A DNA stretch of 64,000 nucleotides from assembly GCA_964106915.2 (NCBI GenBank), contig OZ066923.1; one strand, 5' to 3'. Positions 25,705-38,848 of the stretch are shown piece by piece. Within the stretch, counting starts at the first letter, position 1. The number at the start of each line of letters is the position of its first letter. The stretch comes from Podarcis gaigeae. Taxonomy: Eukaryota. The translations under genes and the position numbers were made by a program. The notes below the pieces were generated by a model. That model did not search any database, was not told the origin of the DNA, and saw only the letters and a program-made list of their open reading frames with translations.

Positions 25705-28700
25705 AGGCTATTATATATCATGCTTTTAATACAAACTTAAAAAAATCTGGAACAATAGAAACTGTACAGATTTGATCAACCTTTGTTGTTTTTAACTAAA
25801 TCTCTAGACACGCCAATGTCCTGTTCCAAAATATTGCACAACATTCTGAATACAAAACTCTGATTGTATTCCTCCTTCGCTAGAGAAAAAAGAAAGAAAA
25901 AGAACGAAACCCCCTCTGGATCCCTACTCAATGGCCCCCTGCATGTAAGAACCAAAAAACCAAACAAGAACAGCATGGACCTCTGCATTAAAAAACATAC
26001 ATAATTCTGTCCTCTTTGTGTCCATCCATACTCCAAGATCACACGTTGCTGATTCGCTCTTCAAAAAGGGTCAGGAAGGAGGGAAGCGAGGGGAGAAAAG
26101 GAGCTTTCACTGCTGCTTTTTTAAAATTTTCCTGAAAAAATATTTTTTTCTCTCTCCTCTAAGAAAAAATCTTGAAAAGAAAAAAGTTCAATTTTTTTTT
26201 ACGTTAGAAATATACATATATTATATATACCTCTTACATTTTACAAATGTAGCAAATTATTCAATATAAACGGACAACAAAAAAATTAACACAAACCCAT
26301 AAAAATAAAAGTTAAAAAAAATCTCTTTTTCTTCCTAAGAAACCAGGTAAATTAGTGCAGGTTTTAAAAATAAAATTGAAGCTGAACGTCTAACTCTTGA
26401 GACAACAAGACCAAAAAAGAGGCCGTGAGTTTCATTGTCGCCAGCACTGGAAATGCTTCTGAAGCACGGTATGTGTTCCTTTGGGAAATACAGAGGTTGG
26501 TCCTTCCCCTTTTCCTCCTTATGAACGCAGACTTCTTTTCAAAAAGCAGCTAACAGGATAAAGCAGTGTGAAACATCACATGTTGCAGGTGCTAATGAGG
26601 TTCTCTCCCTCCCTTCAATATACTTAAGCCTGAGAAGGGTACATAACCCCACCCAAGGCAGTGGCTCAGGGCAGCGTTCTGCTGCATGTGGAAGTTCTCG
26701 GCGGAGATTATGCTGGGCAGATAGGGAGCCAGCAGCTCTCCTAGGGAGGAAGTCCAGTGTAAAAGCATGGCAGTCTACAGTACATGTTGAGGGGAAAGAA
26801 GTGGGTGGCAGTGGTAATGTTGCGAGTGGGGGTGGGGTGGGGGGGAAGACAAACAAATGTGTTTACTGAAGAGGTCTAACGTGTCTTGTTCAGGTTGAGG
26901 ACTTCTAGCTTCATGAAACTTCACCCATCACATTACTGCCCAATAGTATCTCCCCTCCTCATCCCCTTAGTGGCTCACAGAAAACAGGCAGAATGCAAAT
27001 AAGTTTTTTCTTTTTTAGTGTCCTTTTCCTCAGCCCAGCAAAGAGGCAGGGGTAAGAAGGGGTACAAAGAAACAAAAAAAAGGGCTCAACTTGGGGATAC
27101 CTAGAGAAGATCTTATGCATAAGCCACATCACTGTGGCCTGGGCAGGAGACATTTCCCATCCATTTCAACGAATGATCTCTAGTGCATCAGAGTTAGGCA
27201 TCCTTCACAGGAGGACAGATGCTTGTAGCAGTTAAGGCTCATATACAGTCCTACAGGGAATCCTCAGTGGAAACGCAAGTCTCCAGGTCAAGTCACCAGA
27301 GAGCTCTAGAATTGTAGCTTATTTATTCAATATGACTTTGCCAGAGAAGGTGCAAAAGCAACACTTTATACACAGTCCAAACCATGCTGTTTGGGTGTGG
27401 GGAGGAGATAGTGATGGTAGAGAGAATATGCCTAGAGTATGTAATCCACAGCCACATCTATGTTATCTCCCCTGAAGTTCTCTCTCACCCCTTATCGCCA
27501 TAGATAAGTAAACTTTTGGACTCAGTAACTATCTCACAAGGCATAGATGGGGAAAGGTTTGCCAATCATCTGCCAAAAGAAAAGAAAAACTCACTCTTGA
27601 AGGCCACTACTGTCCCTGTCTTCCAGGCTGTCCTCTCATGACAGAAAAGGGAGATGCAGGGAATACCATTAGGATTCCTAGTTCAATAGCAACAATAAGG
27701 AAGGAGAGACTCTACATTCTTATCAGAGAACACTTTCTTCTCACCACATGTTGAGCAACATTCTATAGCAAGCCCACTTCATTCCTCATGCAGAGTCTCG
27801 AAATGGAACAAGTCCAGACTGGACCTGATATGTGGGGCGCTCTTCCGTACAGGAATGCCTGCTTCCTTTCAAATGAAAAATCATAAGGTTTTTGGTCAGA
27901 AGTCTTAAGAGACATGAGATTCAAAGTGCAAACCCTCATGCTATTCATCCAGAAAGCAGTCTGCACTGTAACTCCCTCTTCCCTGCCAAAAAGTAGTGCT
28001 ATCATAGTCAAGAGCAGGAAACCATTCTTTCCATGAGAATTAGTAACCAAATGCTCGGCTGTCAACAGAAGAGCTCAAAACCCCATAAACCAAGGCAATT
28101 GGTCCAGAGGAACATCAATGGGGGCTGCTCAGGCACAAAAAAACCCTGGAAGGCCAGCTCTCACTCCTACCCTTGAAAGAGAGTGCAATATACATGGATC
28201 AATTTTTCTCACAAGTCAGAAGTGTTTGCATCTAGAGTCCTATTTATACATCATAGCATTAGCAGCTGACACGGGATCTAAGCTTCCCAAAGAGTACATC
28301 TAACTCCAGACTCTTAAGGGGGCTAAGGGGAGAGGAGGTGCTTATAATGGAAAACTGTAGGGGGGAAAAACCTGTCCCAGATGCTACAATGCTGCCCCTT
28401 CCAGCATTCCCCTGAAGCTAGAGGGGCTAAGGCCTTGCCATCACCAGTTAGCGCAGGAAGAAACAGAAGCTGAGAACTTTGTTCTACTCCCATTTTGCAA
28501 TAGGAATACAAAAACTGAGTTATGAGAAATGAATACATTTGCTCCACTGTCTGGGCCTCTCATTACACATTGAGAAGCCCAGGCCTACCCTAGGAAGTGC
28601 TTGAGACTTCACACATCCAGAAGCCGTCTAAATCATCCCCCATCACTCCAAAACAGGGAGGGGGGGGGAAATCAAGGTATCTGGCTGCAAGGGACATGAC

Positions 28701-29029
28701 AGCACCCTGAAAAATGCCATCCTTGCAGTAAGAATATTTGAGAACCAGTTCCAAGAAGCAGCATGGGACATAATATAAAGTGGCTCTGGCTCCCACCACT
28801 GCTGGGCTGGAACAATAACCTTCCTCATTAAGTGTACAACAACGGATAGGAAAGAGCACAGGAAACAAGTTTAAAAAAATAATCAGTGCTTCAGCAGCGC
28901 TTCCTGGCATGACACAACGAATCAGGATTTGTCTCTTTCCAAGAAGCTATATTTATAAGATTTCAAATATTTCTAATTATTTTTTCTCTTTTTTTGGAAG
29001 TTATTTTCCCCAGAATACTCTCATGGTGG
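25705..29029 (-). other. TOB2: TOB2 3' UTR (~3.3 kb)
   Basis: No recognisable transposons; U-rich distal region on - strand ending at ATTAAA (25725-25730). Exact cleavage site inferred. Confidence 0.65.
25725..25730 (-). terminator. Candidate TOB2 polyadenylation signal ATTAAA
   Basis: tttaat on + strand; a GU-rich stretch (cttgtccctgttgtttgtg) lies downstream on - strand. Confidence 0.6.
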
Positions 29030-30055
29030 TCAGTTGGCCAAAACCACTGGCTGGAACGACTGGCTGGGATACTGCATGGCGTTCAGATTGTAGCTGAGTC
29101 CTTCCACGAAGGGTGTCTTCTCCAGAAAGAGGCTGTTGGTGCTGCCCCCAAAGACCTGAGCCATGTCAAAATTGCCGCCGCCGCCACTGGCACTGAATTG
29201 GGATGCAGGAGGCATGCCGCCGGCCTGGTTTTCGGTGGCTACACCATCAAAGAAGAGGCTGCTAGCTCCTGGCGATCCACCATTGTAAACAAACTCCTTG
29301 GCATTGGGGGAGAGCTGAGATTGAGGGGCCGTACTGCCCCCGATGAAGTTCAGAGAATGCATAGACAGGGAGAGACCTTTGTGCTTCAGCAGGCCATTGG
29401 TGGGCGACCTGGCCAGGCGCTGCTGCTGCTGTGGTGGAACCCCTGTGCCACTGGTGGCTGCTCCAGCTCCTCCGCCTTTCTTCATCTTGGTTGAGCCAAA
29501 CTTAGTGGCAGCAAAAGTGGCAGTGGTGAAGGTAATGGGCTGGGCAGAGCGAGGGATGAACGTGGGGCTGGGTGACTGGCCAAACGATGGGGATGGAGAA
29601 TTGGACAAGGAGTTGTCCTGGCTGCCAATGGGGACGAACACCTGAGCGTCAGGATTGAAGCTGCTCTTGATCTCCTTGTCCAACTCGGCTGCACTGCAGC
29701 CCTCGCTGTCATCTAGATATAGGACCTTGACAGACCCTTTCTCACCAATCTGGTAGGAGACCTCAAATGGGTCAATCCAGACACTCAGTTCTTCAGGAAC
29801 ATTGGCCCGCACATCCTCTACAGCCAGCCCACTCCGCTTGGCTGCCATCTCGACTACGGGGTCCACCGTCTCCCCAATGTGAACACAGCGGTAGCCAGAA
29901 CCCTTCAAGGGCTTCTCTGGGTACCAATGGCCTTCATATTTTTTCTTCAGCAGCCGCTCTAGCTCTTCACCAAACAAGTCGGCCCGCCTCCGTGGAAGCT
30001 TGTTGTACAGATATGAGATGATGAAGTTCAGAGCAACTTTGATCTCCAGATGCAT
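29030..30055 (-). CDS. TOB2: Protein Tob2 (BTG/Tob family antiproliferative protein, CAF1/PABP adaptor), 341 aa, single coding exon
   Basis: Starts [32 protein letters not shown] (ATG at 30055; the longer tracked ORF runs into the intron). Contains BTG box A ([15 protein letters not shown]), box B ([19 protein letters not shown]), two PAM2 motifs ([24 protein letters not shown]), the [12 protein letters not shown] motif and the C-terminus QPVVLAN. Adjacent to PHF5A/ACO2 as in mammals. Confidence 0.97.
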   Translation of the reverse strand: MHLEIKVALNFIISYLYNKLPRRRADLFGEELERLLKKKYEGHWYPEKPLKGSGYRCVHIGETVDPVVEMAAKRSGLAVEDVRANVPEELSVWIDPFEVSYQIGEKGSVKVLYLDDSEGCSAAELDKEIKSSFNPDAQVFVPIGSQDNSLSNSPSPSFGQSPSPTFIPRSAQPITFTTATFAATKFGSTKMKKGGGAGAATSGTGVPPQQQQRLARSPTNGLLKHKGLSLSMHSLNFIGGSTAPQSQLSPNAKEFVYNGGSPGASSLFFDGVATENQAGGMPPASQFSASGGGGNFDMAQVFGGSTNSLFLEKTPFVEGLSYNLNAMQYPSQSFQPVVLAN

Positions 30056-30141
30056 ACTCCCTTCACAGCAAGCAAGGTAGGGCAGTATATTAAAAATAGA
30101 CAGCGGACACAAACATAGACGGATTTTGGCTCCAAACAATT
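30056..30141 (-). other. TOB2: TOB2 5' UTR part of the coding exon
   Basis: Polypyrimidine tract plus AG acceptor (tttctctttgtctttttcAG|aattg on - strand) at 30142-30143, 86 nt upstream of the ATG. Confidence 0.8.
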
Positions 30142-32074
30142 CTGAAAAAGACAAAGAGAAATGAAATGTAAGGTGGAAATATTGTATCTTTAATACTGCT
30201 GCAGCACAATAGTTAAGACTTTTAGTTGCAGAAACTGATTCCTGAAAATTCAACATCTTAACTGGCAATAATAAATAAAAGACTGTGCAAAGTGCATTTG
30301 CACCTTGACAATTGTAAAGAAGAATATCCCTTTATGTGTTTAACACATATACATTTATTTGGTTCTTTGTATGCTGTCAAACATTATTATTTATTAGTTT
30401 ATCTCTAGACCACTCACCATCCATAAACAGCTGTAAAACTACACAATAAAAAATACGATAGATCCTTTAAAAAATCACAGTAAGTTAAATGTTATAAAGT
30501 AAATCAAACCAGCAAAATATATACACCCTTGGAGTGCCTAAACTTCCTTCAAGAGCCTCAATAAATACGTATTTATTTTTTAAAGTGCCTAAAATTGCTA
30601 AGGAGACCAATTGCACCTCTAACGAGAAGGATTCTCATAACTGGGGTGCCACTAGAGAGAGGTGTTGCTATCTGGACAATGCCATTGATAGCACCACTAG
30701 CAGAGCTTTCAGGTAGTTGCTACAGTCTTAATGAGTCAAAGTTTCATTTTAAGACACTGGAGCAAGGCAGATCAATACATTTCAAAAGACAGAAACTAGT
30801 TTAGTAGTGATTCATCCCATTGTGATAATAGCAGCGATCCTTGACATTGTAATATTAAATAGATAACAAAAAGCTGAAAATGTGTTTCTTCTGAAAATAG
30901 CTTCAGAAGGTCAACTCAGATAAACAGAAGATAATCCTGGATGGAACTAACAGTAGCTTCTGATCCCAAGTGATATAAAAACAAGGCATACGTTCATCAG
31001 GAAGACTCAGGAAGGTTAGTACTATGTGGCCTGGAAGAGAACTTTAGGTCAGACTTTCCCAACGTGCTGACCTCTAATATTTTGGTGTACAACTCCCATC
31101 ATCACTGACCACTGGCCAGTGATGAAGCCCAAAACACCTGAAGGACACTAGATTATGGAAGTCTGACTTAGGTTCCCAAACACCAACTTTTCTTCTTTAT
31201 CCCCCCCCTTTTTTTACTAACATTCTAGGAGATCTCCAATCATCACTCATTCTATTAAATACAACTCTAAATGCCCCAGAAAAAAATAATAGAAAATGAA
31301 GGATATTTAAAAAGAAAGCTATATGTATTATCTTGGCAGCTTAGCAGGATAGAGACTAGCTTTTTGCTTCCTTAGGATCACCTATAACAAGTGCCTACTA
31401 AAAAAGCAAGGGCAAAGGATACACTCCAAACTTCAGGCATATATGTCAAACTGCTTTTTCTGGTGTGGTGTTTGGAGCTAACAAACAATCTAAGCTTATC
31501 CTGAAGAAGGAACAAAGAGATCTCTAACTACAGCATTAGGAACAACAAAGGAAGCTACTGGGTAAATTTCCATCTTACACACCATTTCTGAACACTTGTG
31601 TCAGCTTATCTGCCTACAATGTTCGAAACTGCCCTGGTATATGAACAGCTGGAATTAGACAAAATTGTGTGAAAGGAGGAATTAGCACACAATGACTGTA
31701 CAAACTGTACACAGGTAAGATATTGAATTTGCTACCAGAAGATGTAGTGATTATAGGTGGTGATTCCTTAAAACCAGGGTTGCATTCGCCAAAAAGAATG
31801 CCTAGTTGCCATTTTGGGGCCAGACAGCTTGAAAGTTGTATTTTTCAAAATGACTTTTTGGTTCCTGAAATTCATTCTGATTGTGCAAATAAAATATAAC
31901 GGATAGAATTCTACAGGATGTGTTGCATGTGTGTGAAAACATTCAAGATCCAAGGATTCCCAGGCATGCATCTTCAGATGGTGAAGATGGCAGGCACCAT
32001 CCTGGCGCCCGGGCATCTTCACCTGGCTGCAAGTGGCTGATAGCCGGCTGCAAAATGCACCTGGCAAATTTCAA

Positions 32075-32333
32075 ACACTGGCCACCACCAGTATTTGAGA
32101 GAGTAGACAGATTCATGGAAAGTAGCCCTGTCAATGGCTACTAGTCATGATGGCTGTATGCTGCTCTTCAGGATCAGAAGAAACATGCTTCTGAAAGTTG
32201 CTGGGGAACAAAAGCAGACTATTGGGCTTATGCTGTATTTGTTCCCATAAGCATCTGGTTGGCCACTGAAGGAAACAAACTGGATTTGATGGGTCTTTGG
32301 TTTGAACCAGCAGGACTTTGTGTTACTGTGTTT
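32075..32333 (+). mobile_element. CR1 LINE 3' end in the TOB2 intron
   Basis: tagacagattcatgga...tcaatggctactag...gcatctggttggccactg...gatgggtctttggtttgaaccagcagg, typical reptile CR1 3' UTR. Confidence 0.65.
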
Positions 32334-33289
32334 CACTAAAGCGATAAAAAACTAAACTCTGCATTAAGTATGTCCACAGAAACCTATGCCTGCTGTATTA
32401 TCAAGTTGCAGCAAATAACAGAAGAGCTCTCTAAAAAAACTCCTCTGAATGCAGTCTTATATAGTTGACCATGGCCTGACCGCTAACAGCACAGCCCAAG
32501 ACCTTGGAGCTTGTTTTTCAGGAGTTACTAAACCGTGAGAAGTTTTATCACAGCTATTTGAATGTGCTTCTTAAAATGGAAATTGCCACAGGAGAAATTT
32601 GAGTAAGGCAAATTTCTGAAAGGTCAACTAGAAGCAGAACATTTTCAAGCTAGGCAGTCAAACAAACTCTTTAAGACAGAGCCTTCCAATGGATTTCTGG
32701 CTAAAGAACTATTGTTAAAGCAATGATCCTCAAATTTCTCCCCCCACAGAGCCCCTGCGGGTCTTGGCAAACCCCTAAATTCTGTTTATGCCTCTTGCAG
32801 CAATTATAATTATTTGTAATTTTATTATTACATTTGTATACTGCCATTTATGCAAAGATCACAGCGCAGTTCACAACAGAATGCACTGTGCTAAATACTG
32901 TATGATTTTTAATTGTATTTTTATTGCTTCTTCTTTTCTTATATTGTTATTTTGTTGTACTACAATTTGAATTTCATAGGATTCTATAGAATTCCTTCAC
33001 CAGCATGCTGTGGAACACCTGAATGATATTCAGTTTCGGAACCCCTACCATAAAGCACACAATCAGCTTGGAACAGAAGCTCATGTGGAAGTTCAACCCA
33101 CACCACCCTCAGTAAACAAATAGGCTTACTTCTGTGTTTATTCCACATATAGCAAAGTTTCAGTCTGCTGTACTGAAAGCCTAGCAAGCTTGAGAGGGTA
33201 ATACATGACTGGCATTAAGAGACCTTATATTTCTATAAGGATGCCACATTTTGGAAACTAGCTACTATAATTCAGATCTGATAGTATTT

Positions 33290-33367
33290 CTTTCTTTCTA
33301 AAGGGACACAGAGCTGTCTACAAGTATGCTTTCTTTCTAAAGGGACACAGAGCTGTCTACAAGTATG
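33290..33367. repeat. Perfect 39-bp tandem duplication
   Basis: ctttctttctaaagggacacagagctgtctacaagtatg x2. Confidence 0.95.
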
Positions 33368-34569
33368 TTTTCAGGAAATAAACTGTTTTTGCTTATGTAC
33401 ATGCTGGATGCCTTGGTCAGAATATTAAGTTAAAGCTCACTTCAGAGTAATTATGCACAGGAGTAAATACCACCAAGTTGAAAGGGACATACTTGCAGTT
33501 AAGTACGAAGGATTGCAATCTTCAGACCTAAATACAATTGTCCTGATTGAGGGGTGCTCTTTCCTAGTATAGCTTTAAGACAGGCATCTACAGCTGGAGA
33601 ATGGAAAGACTGTCTCTCACAGGAGTTCCCTTGTCCATCTGGCTCTTTCTCTCTCAGGGAAATGAAAGGAATGTATTACTTTTCTTCAAGCAGAACTCTG
33701 ATGGTTGTCAGTCTTCAAAGATAGTATGAAAAACTACAGATATCTAATCTTCTACTCTTTGGCTATACCATGCTGCATTTATCATTACAATGATAAATTA
33801 AATGTTTGTGTTATAGCATCTATACAAATAATAATAATCAAACACTAGCTGACCCCACATAATTTAGCACAACAGTCTAAATTATTTTAGAAAAAAGGTC
33901 CACCAAGGAATATAAATCTAGCTTACATGTCAACAAAATAAGCTTTATATCCATCAGGATTCAGTAATCCCTAGGCTGTTAATATGGCAACCTACACAGG
34001 GGACGACTGCAGGTGGCAAAGCGTAACAGTCAATACGGAATCCCTTGTTTTCTCTGCAGAACTTCATCAATAAAGGTGCACGTTACCTCAGGACAGCCTA
34101 TGGTTCTGAAAATATCAGAGGCAAGTAGCAATTTATTTTGCACAAGACAATTACAAACACATGACACAATGTGGAATAATGAGCTACACAACAATTGCCC
34201 ATGATTCAATGCAAGAACAATCTCCGGCATTAGGGCATAATGTCTCAGTAATACAGGCATTGTCAAGGTACATCACTTGCACATGAGGAAATTCTACAGT
34301 GGTCCAATCATACTGAGTAAATACTTTAAATAATGACCTTGTCAGTTTGGTTTCTGACCCGTACACAAAATACGGCAATTATTGGGGGGCGGAAAGCGGT
34401 ACAACACTGGCTTCATAAAGCCATCATTGCTTTATCCCAATATAAGCCAGAATCTCATAATAGTCTCCTAACATTTGCTTGCAAGCCACACCCAAGCAAA
34501 AGAGCAACCTTCGATTCAGTTGACCCCACCTCACCAATGCACCCAATTTCCGAGGATAATCTGAATTAA

Positions 34570-37500
34570 GTACAGATGCAATACAAAGCGACAGTGCCTG
34601 GGGAGGGGCAAGCCCGAGGAAGACACGTTCTCGATCCACGATTGCACAACCCACTCCCTCTTCTCCTGCCAAAACCTCCTGCGTCTGTGGGCGTTATTTG
34701 CACAGGGCACCTCCCGCCCAGGCCTCCTTGCGCACGCAAAACTGGCATTGCCGTCCCGCACGGGGACCTGCTCTCCGCCCGCCTCCTGCCCCACAACTTC
34801 AATAATCGCCTGTGCCAAGGTCCACGGATGAATGACCCAGCCAGGGAAGCCTCAACACCCATTAGGGCTGGCCCCCTCCCCTCCGCTCTGCCTCGACTGG
34901 AGTGTCCCGGGAGTTGTACTACGTAGCGAGCCCTGCTTTTCTCCTACACGAGATGCAGCGCCTGGGCGAGTGACCTACTTTGCCTTTTAACTACCCTTCT
35001 CAATATGCTTTGCGCCAAAGCTGGCCCAGACAGCGAGCGCCTGCTCAGTGGAGCACGGCACAAAATTTTCCAAGGCGCATGCGCTCTCTGTGCTCGATTG
35101 CTCAACGCTTCTCCCCCCCCCCTCAACCCCCCCCCCGCCCGGCCTCAACATGCCATCTTGCATTGTTTGATTTCTATGTGGAATAACTAATTTCTCGGCC
35201 TCTTTCTCCCCCGCGCAGAGAGGCGGCTTGCGGGGCGGGAGATGGATTAAGCGGAGGAAATTTCAATCAGGGCTTATTGTTACGGTTGCAACTCACATCT
35301 GTTCCTGCTGGGTAGCTCAGAAGTAGACAACCCCCCCCCCCAAAAGACACACCAGCACACGCACACACAGGCAGAGCTGCTAGGCCTACGAAAGAGAGAC
35401 TTGGGCCAGGCGTCCTTGCAATACTCGAAAGTAAATCCCCGCTAGTTCAAGTGCGCCTTGAAACTGACAGCCAAGGCACCAAGCCGGGAGATGCGGCCCG
35501 CACTGGGGGGCGAGGAGGAAAGGCCGCTTCCTCTTGTTCCCTCCCCAGCCAGCAGCCGGCCTCCCCTTCCCGAGGGATGCACGCACCAAAGAACCGCTTG
35601 CAGCCTCCTCTTCCTACAGGGAGCCCCCCCCCCGCAATATGGGCGGAGGCCGAGGAGAAGCGTAGGCCGAGTGAAGGTGATCTGGCCCTGACCTTTACCT
35701 CCAGGCTCTGGGCTCTCCTTTCAGGGCCGCCCAAGCTTCTGGGTCACAGGCGCCCCCGCCCCATAGCTGAGAGCCTTCCCTCCCGAAATCCCCCTTCTCA
35801 ATAATGGGAGGAGGCGCGGAGGTGACACCCCAAAATTAAATTCGAGGGCAGTGCAAAAATGTGGCTTTGGGCTCCAAGCCGCCCCAGGCCCGCACCTGCA
35901 GGGCCCTCCGAGGCAGATCCCTGGGCCTAATTTACCTCACAGGGTGGCTGTCACGATGAATGAGGGGAAGAAGGCCCTTCCCACACCGAAAGCTGCTCCC
36001 CAAACCGAGTCCAGTGCTGCCGTTTGGTTTTCCTGAGCCTCCCCTCCTCCATCCCATTATTAAATCACTGCGGGAAGGAGAACAAGTTCATCATCCCACT
36101 TAAGCTGTGCGGCTGCGGGAGGCTATTTCTCCCCCCTTTTTTTTTAACCCCGCACTATAATATAAATATATCTGTATTTGCTTTGTTTTAGGTCTGCGTT
36201 TGTGACATAAGAAATCCCAAAGAGGCCCCCGGGGCTCTATTCTGAGGAGGGAGGGGGAAAGAAAGTTCGAGCACAAAACGGGCTGGAACCATCTTTTTTC
36301 CTGACAAAAGCCGAGCTTTTGAGTATTGATCCGGATTAAGCGAAACAGAAACCATCTTCCTCGCTCGCTCGGATCCCAAAGATCCCCCACGGCCACCCCT
36401 TTCGGTCCAGCCCTGTTGGTAGTGTTGTTGTTACCACCACCACCGTTTACATTCTTAAAAAGGATCGAAATTTTCTCCCCTAATTCACCCGAACCTGGGA
36501 GGAAGGCAGAGAGGAGGGTTTTTTGCACGATAGGTGGTCCAAGGACTCGATCATCGCGAATTACCTGAGGGATCTGGGGTGGCTGTTGTTGTTTGTTTTT
36601 AATCCACTCGGGTAAAATGAGTAAAAACAAAATGGTGAACCGGGGACATTTTTCAATCGTTCAACCCAAATGACTTTCAACCTCCCTTCACGATGAAATG
36701 AAAAACATTAATCGCTTTTGGAGGGGGGGGCAAAGAGTGCCGTGTAAGAGACACAGCGCTATTAAGACTAAGGCAGGGATTCATTTTTTTCCTCCTTTCT
36801 ATTAAAGGGGCAGAGCAGATCTGCCTACGATGATTTGAGTAGAAGCCAGCCCTTCTCTCCTTGAGAGAACCAGAAGCGGAGTTGGAAGACTGGCGGCTTC
36901 TGAAAATCTTATTAGCACAATGCGATTAATTCGTTCCTTAAAGGAATATACGAGGCGCAGCAAAACCCCAACGAGATAAGCCGGCGTGCGGAAGAAAAAC
37001 ATCGTTCAAGAAAATATTTAAATGGTGTGACTATGGAAATCGTTCCTCTTCCTTTGCCCTCATCACCCCTCAATTCTAGCAATAAGCCGTCACTTACTTC
37101 TTTTTTTCAGCACCAGGTGAGATGGTTTGGTGGCTTCTTTTTCTTTCCAGGGTGTTTCTTGGGAGTTCCTCTCTCACAAAGTGCTGATATGGTGGTGGGC
37201 GTTCGATTTTTTTTATATAAAAAAATTAAATGGATGCTGTTTTAGATAACTTCTCCCCCTTCTACAGGCCCAATCAGAAGTGGGGTGGGGGGATGTTGAC
37301 TGGGGCGCCCCCTACTTCCTTCCTTCCCTCCCTGCGCAGGGAACCTGAAGCCACCCTCTCCCTGGCCCAAAGTGAGCAAAGTAAATGAAAAGTTTCACCC
37401 TTAGCAACCCTGCGCATGGATATTCCCTTCCACACCCAGGGTGACGCGTCCTGCAAAGGACAAGGAAGGGGAGGGGAGGGAGGGCAGGCTGGAACTACTT

Positions 37501-37620
37501 TCCCAAACACTGGCTTTAAGTTAACCCGTTCTGCGCCGAGCGCGTTATATTGTTGTTTCAGATGCTTGGAAACGCCTCCCGTAAAGAAAGTCCGTCATTT
37601 GCCACGGATATTTATTTATT
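34570..37620. promoter_or_regulatory. TOB2: TOB2 CpG-island promoter / non-coding first exon region
   Basis: High CpG density; NRF1 palindrome GCGCATGCGC (35075-35084); TATA-like block (36156-36170); ZNF143-like ACTACTTTCCCA (37494-37505); - strand donors GAG|GTAAAG (35699), GAG|GTAAAT (35936), CAG|GTAATT (36565). Confidence 0.75.
35936..36130 (-). other. TOB2: Candidate TOB2 non-coding exon 1
   Basis: Lies ~30 nt past a TATA-like block and ends at donor GTGAG|GTAAAT; TSS is inferred and two other donors are possible. Confidence 0.4.
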
Positions 37621-38543
37621 TTTTTGGTACGTTTTAATGAATTTCCCCTCTTCATTCTGTGACAGGCAACAACTTGCATTCAAACCTTCAGAGAACCCTC
37701 CTGAGAACAAACCAAGGAAATTTTAAATAGATTGGACCCCTTTACTTACTTCCGAGTAAACCTACATAGGCTTAGGCTGCATGAGAGATCAAGCTTTTAT
37801 ACTGAAGACTTTGCCCCTTGTAATCTGAGTTAATTAATCTGCAATAACTACCAACAAGCTTTCTTCCACACACACAATCATTTATGGAGACAGAAATGCT
37901 CCCCGCCCCTAAGGATTTGCTGAAGGTGGGAAAATTCCATATTTCCCACCCTTAAGCCTCACTAATAGTGTGAGTGGGTGGTTAGCACCTTTCACCACCA
38001 ATTAGCGAATGTGAATATAGAGACAAGGGTTGGTAATTATATTTTATTCTACTTTGCTATCTTCAGTTAGGGCTGAGAAAGATTTCAGACTAAAGCCCTG
38101 GAGAGCTGCCAGGCAGTGTGGATAATACTGAGGTAGATGGACACATAGTCTGATTGGATATAAGGCAGCTTCCTGCCTCTGACAAATGAAGCAAGAAATA
38201 TTGTATAGCCTGATGGTATCTAGGCATGTTTATTTGGAAGAAAAACCCATGATGTTCAGCGGTGCTTCCTTCTCCAGTAAGAACCGTAGCTTTGAACAAA
38301 TATACACCTATTCTGTACCTCCTACTTTACTCCATTAAATGTTTATAATGTTTGTATGTCATCATACCAATGAAGGATATTTGAATTAGACTGAAACTGA
38401 ACAATCTCTCCCACTGAACATTTTGGTTCACCCAGTCCTGTAACCCTCCAGCCTGGAGCTGTCAGGTGCCAACTCCAGCCTCAGACGGCACAGCCGACAG
38501 GGGTGATAAGTGATGTAGTCCAGCATTAGAAAAATGTTCACTG

Positions 38544-38848
38544 CAGGGTCAGCCCAAGACATTTTGCAGCCTGAGGTGCAGCACAAGATGGTGTACTTCC
38601 ATTTGATATACACAATGCAACTGGGCTGGTAGCTGGATTTTATTTCATCACTGGCAATGGGGCAGTGGCATCCGCCACATCTGTGGGAAGCAGGTTCATT
38701 TAGGGTGGCCAGGGCCATGTGGCAGGCGGAGCTCTGGCATCCAACAACGAAGAGTGAATCTTGGAGCCAGGAGGAATGCCTGTGAGGCTGCCTCTGCTGC
38801 TTCCTAGCACCTGTTGCCTCATATGGCTAGTGGTAAGTGTAGGCCCTG
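38544..38848. mobile_element. Degenerate non-autonomous DNA transposon
   Basis: CAGGG...CCCTG termini; shares gcctgagg and tgcctcat blocks with 17070-17120. Confidence 0.35.

Noticed and set aside
26800-26846. RNA G-quadruplex in the TOB2 3' UTR
   Set aside because: The G-runs are on the + strand, so the TOB2 mRNA carries C-runs here
28994-30021. + strand ORFs antisense to TOB2 (166, 100, 84 aa)
   Set aside because: Expected shadows of a GC-rich coding strand; no motifs or splice support
30056-30268. 71-aa N-terminal extension of TOB2 in the ORF track
   Set aside because: Begins at a non-ATG codon inside the intron and crosses a clear acceptor at 30142; family similarity starts at MHLEIKV
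34333-37637. Many Pro/Gly/Arg-rich ORFs in the TOB2 CpG island, including 176 aa at 36100-36630
   Set aside because: Stop-poor GC-rich promoter DNA; no recognisable domains
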